Assembly: GCF_009914755.1 (NCBI RefSeq)
Contig: NC_060937.1
Strand: one strand, 5' to 3'
Length of the DNA stretch: 64,000 nucleotides
DNA from: the human T2T-CHM13v2.0 reference genome, Homo sapiens
Made by a program: the position numbers and the translations under genes
Shown: positions 52,155-64,000 of the stretch, one piece after another
Layout of the letters: the number at the start of each line of letters is the position of its first letter
How positions within the stretch are numbered: position 1 is the first letter of the stretch
Notes under the pieces: generated by a model
Told to the model about the DNA's origin: nothing
What the model saw: the letters and a program-made list of their open reading frames with translations, nothing else
The model's database searches: none

Positions 52155-52400
52155 TGGTTTTCTTTTCTTTTCTTTTTTTTTGCTCATTTCTTTCAGATAG
52201 AGTCTCATTCTGTAGCACAGGCTCCAGCGCAGGGGCATAATCACAGCTCACTTGCAGCCTTGACCTCCCAGGCTCAAGTGATCCTCCCATTTCAGCCTCC
52301 TAAATAGCTGGGACTACAGGCATGTGCCACCACACCCAGCTAATTTTTTTTTTTTTTTTTTTTTTTTTGTAGAGACAGGGTTTTCCATGTTGCCCAGGCT
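52155..52400 (-). mobile_element. 5'-truncated AluJ
   Basis: Right arm plus part of left arm. Confidence 0.85.
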
Positions 52401-52536
52401 GATGTCTTTGGTTTTCTATCCTGTGTTTTACATAGAATATTCAATGAAAAGTATTTCACTAAAGTTTTTCCTAATGGTTTTTTTCTTCATACCCAGCTAC
52501 CTAGAAACACATTTTCCAGATAATTAGCAAGGAGTA

Positions 52537-52900
52537 CAGACAGTCCCCGACTTTTGATGGCTTGACTTATGGTTTTTCAACTTTGCAATGATGCAAAAGT
52601 GACATGCATTTAGTAGAAACATACTTCAGGCACTCATACACCATTCTGTTTTTCATTTAAGTATAGTATTCATTAAATTATATGAGATATCCAACACTTT
52701 ATTATAAAATAGGTTTTGTGTTAGATGATTTTGCCCAACTGTGGGGTAACCCAAGTGTTCTGATCAGGTTTAAGGTAAGCTAGGCTAAGCTATGATATTC
52801 TATAGGTTAGATGTATTAAATGCATTTTCAGTTTAACTATATATTCAACTTACAATGGGTTTATCAGGACATAATCTCATCATAAGCTGAGGAGCATCTG
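52537..52900. mobile_element. Tigger-family MITE (MER47A-like)
   Basis: CAG...CTG terminal inverted repeats flanked by TA on both sides. Confidence 0.85.
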
Positions 52901-54921
52901 TACTCAAAGTGTTCTCCAATGAACAGGATCTTAAAGCTTTCTCTCCAGGGGAGGTGATAGTTTTTTCCTCCTTGTTTGATCCTAGATACACCCTAAGCTT
53001 CTTTACTTCCTTTTGCACATATCAACCCACTGCTACTCAAATTACTAACGGTATTTATCCTGTAGTAAGCTGTCAGTACATTTGTCAGGCTCTGTGTTAA
53101 GTGCTTTAAACACATGGCATTCGATTCTCCCAAGAAGCCTATGGGGCATGAGGATTTTGGTGTGCGTGATTTTGTGTGCACTCATACTGCCTGAGTGTTA
53201 ATTTGGAGTTGAGGGAATTGCAGCATAGAAAGGGGCACCTGCACCTGCTTGCTGAGGGCACACAGCTACAGGGCATTAGGGCTGTATTGCCTTAGAACCC
53301 GTGCACATGACCCCTCATTCTCTGCCTGCCACCTCTTTGCTTTCAAAGTAATCATCCTCACACATAGCACAGACTCCACTAGCCCAGATCATGAGGCCCA
53401 TCCCAGGATGGTCCTTCCTGTCTTTGTGCTTCCTATTCCCTGCCATGAATCTTGCGATTCAACTCTGCAGACTGTAAGGCACACCCCCAAACACCACACT
53501 CTTTTACTTCTCCCTTCCCTGGCACATCCTCCTCTCCTTACAGGGACTGTTGTATATGCCAGACTCATAGTCTACACATCCAGCGTCTTCCCATGGGAAA
53601 ATTCCCCCTCAGCCAGCAGGAACCCCTCAAAAGTCCACTCCTCCCTGAAGTCCACCTGACCTCTCACTCACTCCTGTCTTTCATAACTGTGCTTTCCTTG
53701 GTTACAGTACCTAACACATTTATCATCCTCAGAGGGCTGCGCATGTGCTTTGAAATAATTCATTTGCTTGTCTGGCTCTCTCACCAGCCTGCGAGCTTCC
53801 TGAGAAAGGGATGATTTCATCCGTGTCTCCAGGGCATGGCACAAGAGCCTCTCAATAGGTGTTTATTGGATAAATGATAAATTAAATGTTCACAGGTTAC
53901 GGTCACATGTGAGCAATTACTAACATTTATTTGATAATTCCACAGCCTTTGAAATGTCCTAAATTTGTGCCTTTGCAGGTTTCTTAGGACAGGTTCAATT
54001 CTCATCTTCACAATTCACTGGGTGCAGAGTTTCTGCTTTTGTGTTCTCTATGGACTGTGAAATTGCCCTTTAATGAGTGAGAGGGAAAGAGAAAGCATTT
54101 TATCTCTGTGTCTCAATTACAAAGTCTCGGGAAAGGTCTCAATTGACTCAATTCTGACACGAGAAAGATCACCACCAGTGATCACATTATTTTAACATGG
54201 CTGCCTTCATAATAACTATGTCATTGGGAGGAAGAGGCAATTCCATTATATGAGGGTGGGGCTGCTGAGGAACGAAACAACAGATGTCTGCTTAGGCCAC
54301 TAATATCAAGCAGTGGAAAACAATCCTATTACTGGGGTTAACAAAACCTCTCTTATACAGTCACCCTTCTCAATAACCTAGAGATTTTAATAAGGACCTC
54401 TTAAAGACCAAAAGGTCACCAAAACTCAGAGACATGCCTTTTAAAGGGAGGAATTACAGACCGTGATGGATGAGATATTTGCAGGCATAAAAGCCTTCTA
54501 CAGATTCTTCAAATTAACCCAAGTCAATACCTGTGCAGTTCCTTTACTCATAAAGCCAGAGAGCCCTGCTTATTGACACAGACACTTGAGTCACTGGTAG
54601 CAGTTACTGGGCAGTTAGCTTCTAAAAGTCAAAGTCTGTCAGCACCAACATATGCAAAGCCAGTGGAATCTAGAAGCACTGGAAACACTGGGCTCAGGTC
54701 ATCATGCTGTGGCTTGCTTACTGTCTCTGAGCCTCTCTTTCCTCAACTGTAAAAAGGGGGAAAAACCCAAAGCTATCTTCACTGAGTTGCCAGAATCACA
54801 TGAAATAAAGTAAGGAAAGCCTAAAGTTATACAAATGTTATTTACACTTTCTATTTTATGGGGAATAAGGAACATAATTGATGTACTTATTTAGAAGGAA
54901 ATGGTAAATAAGTTGTATATA

Positions 54922-55343
54922 CTGTAGATCTCCCTTATCCATGGGAGATATGTTCCAGGATTCCCAATGAATGCTTGAAACCACAGATAGTACCAAACCC
55001 TATAGATATTAGGTTTACTCCTACACATACAAACATGTAACAAAGTTTAATTTATAAATTATGCATAGTAAGAGATTAACAAAAACAGTAATAAAATAGA
55101 ATAATTAAAACAATACATTAGGTTGCTGCAAATGTAATCGTGGCTTTTGCCATTACTTTCAATGGCAAAAACCATGATTACATTTGCACCAACCTAATAC
55201 TATAATCAAAGTTATGTGAATGTGGGCTCTGTCTTTCTCTCAGAATATCTTATTGCACTTTACTCACCTATTTTGGGGCAGTGGTTGGCAGCAGGTAACT
55301 GAAGCTGCACAAAGCAAACCCATGGGTAAGGAGGGATGACTGT
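54922..55343. mobile_element. Tigger-family MITE (MER44A-like) containing a MADE1
   Basis: CCCTTATCCATGGG ... CCCATGGGTAAGG termini, ends CTG-TA. Confidence 0.8.
55118..55197. mobile_element. MADE1 (Hsmar1-derived 80-bp palindromic MITE)
   Basis: 37-bp inverted arms around ACTTTC, followed by TA. Confidence 0.95.
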
Positions 55344-55635
55344 AACTACTTATATTTTGGCATTGCATTTTTTGCACTAATTAAAATGAAAATGATCAAC
55401 AAAAACACTATGGGGAAATATCTGTGATACAGGTTAAATGTACTAATAATATTAAGTAGTAACAGTACTAACACTAATATAATTATTAAGAAGAATATTA
55501 ATAAGTTATGCTTATACTATAATTTCATAAGCAGTATGTATGCATATGCAAAAGAACTAGAAGGGGATTCAAACAAAATCAATTTGGTTGTTTGGAGGAG
55601 GTGGGATTGGGTGAAAGACTTTTGCTTCTAGTTTA

Positions 55636-56039
<404 letters not shown>

Positions 56040-57207
56040 CTAGATGATCTGTGGTGGCTGTGGGATCCTTGGCACTTTGCCTGAGTCCTAAGGAATTCTG
56101 TTAGTCTTCATGGGGTCCTGGGCCCAGTGAACACAACTGAAAGTGGAATTGCCCGAGTGTGGAATTGAATTAAGAGGTACTGCATCTTTGTTTAACAGGT
56201 AGGGCACGTGAGGGTCATATCAAATTGGCATAATTCCCATTTTTTCCCCTGCCCACCTTCTATTTGCCCTTCTTCTGGGATCTGTAAATCCTCTTCTGCA
56301 GGACCACCTCCCCTGCTTCTCAATGTGTTCCCAGTGGATTTGAGTTGGAGCAAAGGATGGCTTAAGTCAATCAGTGTATCTCTCAAGAGCTATGAAAAGT
56401 CTGAGATGTTACCCTCCTTGCAAGATAACAATTTGGCCTGCCACCATTTCAGGGATGCTGACAGATGTTGTAAGACTCACTGACAGAGACAAACACACAA
56501 AATGTAGCATAGCAAAAGTAGGAGCCAAAATGTCAGTATATTTGTGCTAGTTCCTCAAGCTCCAATTCCACTGGCTGACACAGAGGATCAGATGGCATCT
56601 GCTCATACCGTGGGATGTGTTGCAGGAGGGAACTCAGGGTTGAGGACTCAGTGCATTTTGAGCAAGCAGAGAATATTTCAGCCAGCAATAAATAAGGCAG
56701 TCTCCCCTCCTCCCCAACCCCCACACCATGCAGGCTGCAGTCCAATTGTTGCCTTGATCTGCTCAATTGCCTATGTGAGGAGCTACAGAGCTCCTCAGTA
56801 TCAAGAGGGGGATAGGACCTGCAGTCTGGCACACCCAGCAGGTGCTTGCAAGGTGCTCAGGGCCACATGTTTTCAACAGTATCACATGTGACTCAATCAG
56901 AACTACTGAGATAAAATGAAACCTTTTGCTTCAGGTGAGGGCATCTTATTTCCCTGAATGAGAATCTAGACGATTCATGTTGTGACCAACAGAGAAAAGC
57001 CTGTGCAAGAATGGAGTCAACCCAAAGAAAGCAGAATTGAGAAATGGAGAGAGCAGGAAAATGGATTCAGTGTCATCATCTGAACCACTGTATGAAGCCA
57101 GGGGTAAAACTAAGCCACCCACCTCCAGAATATCCACTTATGGGAGGTAGTTTGTCACTTGTCACCAACAGAGTCTCACTGAACACAAATATCAATGTAA
57201 ACCAGTA

Positions 57208-57770
57208 ATAGTCAAGGTTCTCCAGGGAAACAGAACCAATAGGATTTGTATATGTCTCTGTCCATATCTATATCTATAGATAAACAGAGATAGATTTGTC
57301 ATAAGAAATCAGTTCACATGATTGTGGAGGCTGACAAGATGTGCATTCGGCAAGCTGGAGACCCAGGAGAGCTGATGGTGTAGTTCCAGTCTGAGTCTGA
57401 AGGCCTGAGAACCAGGAGGGCTGATCATGTAGTTCCAGTCTGAAGGCCAGCAGCCCCAAGACAGAGGAAGAGCTGATGTTTCCATTTGAGTCTCAAGGCA
57501 GGAAAATACTGATGTCGCAGCTCAAGACAGTTAGGCAGGAGGAAATTCTCTCTTACCCAAGGGAGAATCAGCCTTTCTGTTTCATCAGATTTTCAACAGC
57601 TTGTACAAAGCCCACCCACATTATAAGGGCAATATACTGTACTTAGTCTACCCATTCAGATGTTAATCTCATCCAGAAACAACCTCACAGACACACCCAG
57701 AATAATGTTAGCCCAAATGTCTGCGCATCTTGTGACCCAGTCAAGTTGACACATAAAAATAACCATCACA
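57208..57770 (-). mobile_element. MLT2B-like ERVL LTR
   Basis: GGTTCTCCAG.GAAACAGAACCAATAGGA ... AAGTTGACACATAAAA.TAACCATCACA. Confidence 0.88.
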
Positions 57771-58103
57771 AAAATTTTGCTATTAAATTACAGTCATCAA
57801 ATGTTATGAATGTGCTTAAGTCTTTTTCTTGGTGAGTGTTTCAAGTCCCTAACTGATTCAACTCTGCAATATTTATTCTTTCAGACTCTTGTAAAAGTTG
57901 GGCTCTTTGATGAATCATCTGTGGATTCATTTCATCCAAGTTCTAATCAGTGGTTTTAAGAACTCAGAGCTGTATTTTCATAGTTGTGTTGTTCCTTGGA
58001 CCTAATCTAATATGCTGGGTAAATCTTTCCCCTCTGTTATATGTGCTATTCCCCATACGCAGCTCTCCTCTTCCTAAAATAAAGATAGGGGAAGAGAGAC
58101 AGG

Positions 58104-58105
<2 letters not shown>

Positions 58106-58148
<43 letters not shown>
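58106..58148. repeat. (GA)n microsatellite
   Basis: Direct reading. Confidence 0.97.
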
Positions 58149-58153
<5 letters not shown>

Positions 58154-59607
58154 CAAGATAAAAATTTGTTTGGATTTTCTCATGCTATTTTAAATTCACA
58201 GTCCTATTCATTTGATATTCATTTTACTTGCCTGGCTTTCATCACAATGATTACCCGTTTAATTACATTTTAGCTGAAACCTAGGGGAAATAGCCAGCTA
58301 GTATTTCAGTGAGATTATCAGAGGAAAAACTGAGCCTCACTTCCTGGCTTTTCTGAATCATTATATTTCTCTGTGTTAACTTTACAGGCAGCCTTTAATA
58401 AAAAGGCAACAATGTTGGTAATTAACCTTCTAATAGTGTCAGGAATATTAAAAAATGACTTGATTTTATTTCAGTTCCATATTAAGCCTTTATATTATAC
58501 ATAGCTCATCTAAAAAGTTTTCCCTCTTTAAGAATTTCCTTCTCATGGAGGTCCATAGTCCATCTGCCAGGGAACAAATCAGTCAGGAAGGAAAGCACAG
58601 GAATGAATCCTGTGGAGTGGAAACTCCTTGGCTCTCCAGAAGATGCTTCTGCCCTGTTGATGAAGTACTGGGTGGACACATACGCTCTCCCTCACTCTTC
58701 ATTGCAAGGGAGAGATCTATGAGAATGGTTTGATTATGGCTCAGCCGAGTGCCCTCTTCGCTCTCTCTTTCTGCCAGCAAGCAGAGAAGGTCTCTTCCCT
58801 ACTTCTTCCTCTACCTGGTTAAGCTCACCAGAGAGGTTTTCCACCTGAGTTCTCTACTGTTCAATTTCTGACTGGCTGGTTGGTCAGGGAGAATAGGAAG
58901 CTCTGGTCCAGGCTTGAATCAAGCTGCATTCTCTAACCCACCAGCTTTACCTTAAACAAAGCTGATATTGTATTACATCTACATCTGGCTTCTTCTGTCT
59001 GTTTTGGATTGGCTCAGAATCTAGAAGAGAAGATGGGTATGATCACCTCTTTTTAAACCCCCAAACACACACCAAGGATTTGAGAGAAGTGGCCAAGTAA
59101 GTAGGCTCCTGTAAAACATGATACCAAGTTCCCAAGAAAATACGTGCTTGGAAGATGACAGCTGTATGGAGTTTGGGATCCCTTTTTCTCTTCCATCCCA
59201 TCGAACACATAAAGTAGTTCTGGCTGCAAGGTATTATGGACAGCACAAATTGGAAATACTTTAGTCATAAGATAGACCTTGAAGTTTCCCTTTAGCTCTA
59301 GCCTCTGTGGTACAACAGAGGCTACAATGAGTAAGCAAAAACACACAGTGCCTGTTTGCAAAGTAAATTACTTTCACTATTTGTTACTATCAACCTTATG
59401 AATACGGTACCCATTAATGCAAAAAACTAAAAATAATTTATTAAGAGATATAAAATAATACTTGAATAAATAAACATGTTAATGGAAACACTCAATTTTA
59501 TAGGTATGTTAATTATTTCCAATTAACTTATTGTTTTAATGCAGTTCAAATAAAAATCTCAATGAATTATTTTGGAAACTTCTTTTTACCCTCAACATTT
59601 TATTATG

Positions 59608-59929
<322 letters not shown>

Positions 59930-60414
59930 ATGAAAAGTTTTTCAACAAACAGAAAAGTTGGAAAAAATAATACAATGAACACCAATGTATCCACCACAAC
60001 AATTGTTCATAGTTGTCTGTTCATGCATATATGTGTTTCTGTGTGTATGATTATATGTACCTATGTATGTACATATATATCCACTATACATATAACAATA
60101 TACATAAATACCATATATATAATTATTTATTGTGTTTTTCTGCATTGTTGCTGAATCATATGAAACTGAGTTGCAGACAGCATTACACTTTACCATTAAA
60201 TACTTCAATATGCTTCTCCTCAAAATAAGGATATTTTCCCGCAGAACTACAATAACGTGATTATGTCTAAGTAAACTAACAATAGCCATCTCATATTTAT
60301 TCTGTATTTACATTTCTTGTTTTTAGAGTGTCATTTATTACTCTTTTTCCCCTTAAATCAGAACCTAATCAAGGGTGACAAGTTATATTTAGTTACTATC
60401 TCTCTTTAGCCTCT

Positions 60415-60737
<323 letters not shown>

Positions 60738-61579
60738 TAGCCTCTTTTCTTATAAAGCAGTCCTTCTACCTTATTTTTCAGGTCTTTGGCTTTTTGAAAA
60801 TAATTTTGTTATTATATATTTTTTTAATTTAAAAAATAATTTCAGTCTTTTGAAATGATCAGGCCAATCCTTTGTTCCCTATCCTGGTTGTGTTTGATGA
60901 GCTCTTCATAGTGTACTTTTAACTTGCTCTTCTAGTCTCTATCTCCTAAAAAGGCTTGATTAGGTTTGGGTTAAACATCTTTGTCAAGAACACTTCCCAG
61001 ATCATATTTTATATTGTATATTTTATATTGTATGGCTTGCAGAGGCATATGATTCAGGCTGCCCTACAATTTGCTAGATGGTTAAGATGGTGATAGCCAT
61101 ATCTCTTCGTTGTGAAGATGTGGGGTTTTCCCCTTTAAAATTAGCTAATTTTCTGGGAAGAGGAGAGAACAAACTTATCTTCAAGGATATTTGGAAGAAT
61201 CAGCAGATAAAGATATCAAAGAAAATTTAGGAAAAAAGAGTAATGAAGAGTGATGACTCCTATCAGATATTAAACTGCATTTAAAACAATCGGATAGTAG
61301 AGCAAAGATTGACCCCTTAATGGGTAAGTCACCCACAAATAGCCTCTGTTGATGTGGTTTTGGTGACAGGACACCCACCAACGGGCTGGCACTTACCTTA
61401 AACAGTCAGCAGACCCTGGAGGTTTTAGCTGATTCTCAGCTCCCCTTGGTCGCCTTTGGTAAGTCATGTGACCACATACACACCAAACTAGCAGGCATAC
61501 CTCCACAGAGAGCTGTGACTGTATCATAGACAATGCTTTTGTTGACTTTATTTCATAGTTTAGAATTATATCTGAACAG

Positions 61580-61892
<313 letters not shown>

Positions 61893-63889
61893 AGAAGTAT
61901 ATCAGAACCAAGTCTTTTTCCACAGTGGCCTATTCACAGACATATCAGAAAAGGATAGACAATGCTTGCAATTCAAGATAGAGAAGAAAAACAAACTTAA
62001 ACACTATCCTGGAGGACAGTCTTCCTATTCAGGAATGTGTGTCAGTGGCCAGCCTCAAAATTAGGAGAAGAAAACTCCCTGATGGTACCCTGAGTGAGGG
62101 TCATGAGAGAATGAAAGGAGAGAATCCAGTGTGGGCCCAGGCAAACTGTGGATCAGGGATGAAAGGTGGGCCACAGTGAAAGCAGGGCCTGCGGCACAGG
62201 TTGTGGGGGACATCTTAGAAAGACAGCAATTGTGTGATGGCGTTCTCAGTTTCTCCTGGGTCTACAGCTCTGTGTTTCTTTCTGGCCTTCTCCAAATGTA
62301 AAACTAATGAAAAAATGCTACCTTTATTCCTCCCACCCTACTCCTGAAACTGTGCCAGTCTCTGCATAAGAACAGATGGTGTTCCTGAAGAGTTCTTTGC
62401 TCTGCAATATTCCTTCGCGGGTTTCTGAAAGCAGATTTGAGAACAGGAGTGAATGGAAGCTACATTTCTCTGTCTGACAGATGTGGTACACATGTGTGAG
62501 TTGGAGATGCACTCCTTGGTAATGGCTATATGGGAACAGTGAGAACATGACATATAACCAGGTGCATTTAAATGGGGCTATTGGATGAGCTACCTTGTAA
62601 AGATTCTCTCAGTGGGGTCCCTCCTAATTCTAGAGCTCTTCTACTAGGACGGAGGAGCTAATTCAGTTGGATTGATCTATGTGGTAGATTATTCTCTGCT
62701 GATCTAACCAAAAAGAGCCTCCTCTCCCTAGTTTCTAGGAATGAAGAGAGAACTTTGATTACCATAATGCTGGCATGGGTAGTCATGTAAAATTGTTGAC
62801 ACCGTCCAGTGCTCACTTCCCTACACTCCTTCCTGGAGTTCAGCACAGACAATGGGAAAGAGACCCGGTGAAGGCACTGGATAACTCAAAAATATGGCCT
62901 ACATTTTTGAACTGTTCTTAAGGAAAGAAAGCATGTTCCCCAACTCTTGGATAATCTAGTTTAGATCATCAAATACCCCAGATAATGGCTCACCTCTCTT
63001 CATTTTTTTCTTGGAAGTCACAAGCTCTAATGAGTCTCTTTAATTATTTCTTGGTGAGGGCAGCATCCAATTTCTATTTAACAAGAACAGGCATCCAAAT
63101 TAGATACAGTGCTGTTCACTTATATCAGTGTATCATCAAGATTCATATTTCCAGTGATTGCCCAACAACACTTTAATGTTACGCTAAGGATAAAACAATG
63201 ATGTAATCATTGAAATCACTGAAATCTTCAGAGAGCAATGGAGAAGTTTTCTGAATTGAAACTTCTCCATGATTACCTCAGTTGACTGCCTTGATTTTCA
63301 TTCTCCTGCAGTTACATTTCTGCAGCATACATTTTGAGTCCAGACTTCACCCTGGCATAAAAAACTTCCACTGTGGGTATAGAGTTTTTCCATAGTTAAA
63401 AAAATTCCTTTAAAACATATGTATAGCCATATGCTATTGACATTTTTGATAAAAGCAACACTGTGCTTAAAGCATAAAATCTAAATAATAAAAAGCTATT
63501 CTAGTAACAATAACTAATGCTCCTCAAGGGCTTACTCTTCATTGGTATGGGGATGATATTACAAATATTTAACAAACAATATGGTATGGGCACTGGCCAA
63601 TTAGAATTGTCACCAGCCTTAGCTCCAATAGGACAGCTGAGATCCTCTGCTGTGCCAGGGATAACCCTTTAGTTGCTGGCCCTGAGGAAGCAGGAGGAAT
63701 CTAGGGGGAGGGGCTGGGCAGATGGCATAAATGCCTGTGTGGAGAATATGTTCTGGGTGGCTATTTACTAACTGACATGGAAGTATTCCACATTTGAACA
63801 GACATATTGGATATACCTGCGGAATATCGGTGCTGCCAGGCCCTGAGCTAGAGCCCTCATTCCCACAGTGCTGCCAGGCAAGATCCTGC

Positions 63890-64000
63890 TGTAGGGGCCA
63901 AGGGAAAACTCCATTGCTCTCTGAAGATTTCTGAAACTCACTGATAAGAGGCAGATTAATAGGAGAAAAGGCATACACATTTACTAACATGTACATAACA
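63890..64000 (-). mobile_element. End of an ERV1 LTR (MER39/MER34-like), cut by the window edge
   Basis: TGTAGGGGCCAAGGGAAAA...GGCAGATTAATAGGAGAAAAGGCATAC. Confidence 0.7.

Overview
Human (hominid) genomic DNA, rich in repeats: about 35 Alu elements or fragments, several L1 pieces, MaLR/ERV LTRs, DNA transposons, a young SVA_F-like element and an AluYa5-like element. There is no intact multi-exon coding gene. Two processed retrocopies are clear. One is a COX17 copy with a fully intact 63-codon ORF (17786-17977). The other is a disabled FKBP1A copy (31936-35358) interrupted by an L1PA. From memory this pair matches COX17P1/FKBP1AP3 at 13q14 near LRCH1 (not verified). The main observation comes from translating the unique DNA between repeats by hand. 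It shows a colinear series of plus-strand segments, mostly flanked by splice-like sites and broken by stops and frameshifts. In order they resemble a Dbl-homology (RhoGEF) domain, a PH domain, ankyrin repeats, a possible FYVE finger and a second PH domain. This suggests a lost multi-exon RhoGEF gene (unitary pseudogene) spanning at least 2.2-25 kb and perhaps to about 38.7 kb. The domain calls are by eye and need profile or tblastn confirmation. Repeat subfamily names are from recalled consensus sequences, and most repeat boundaries are approximate.
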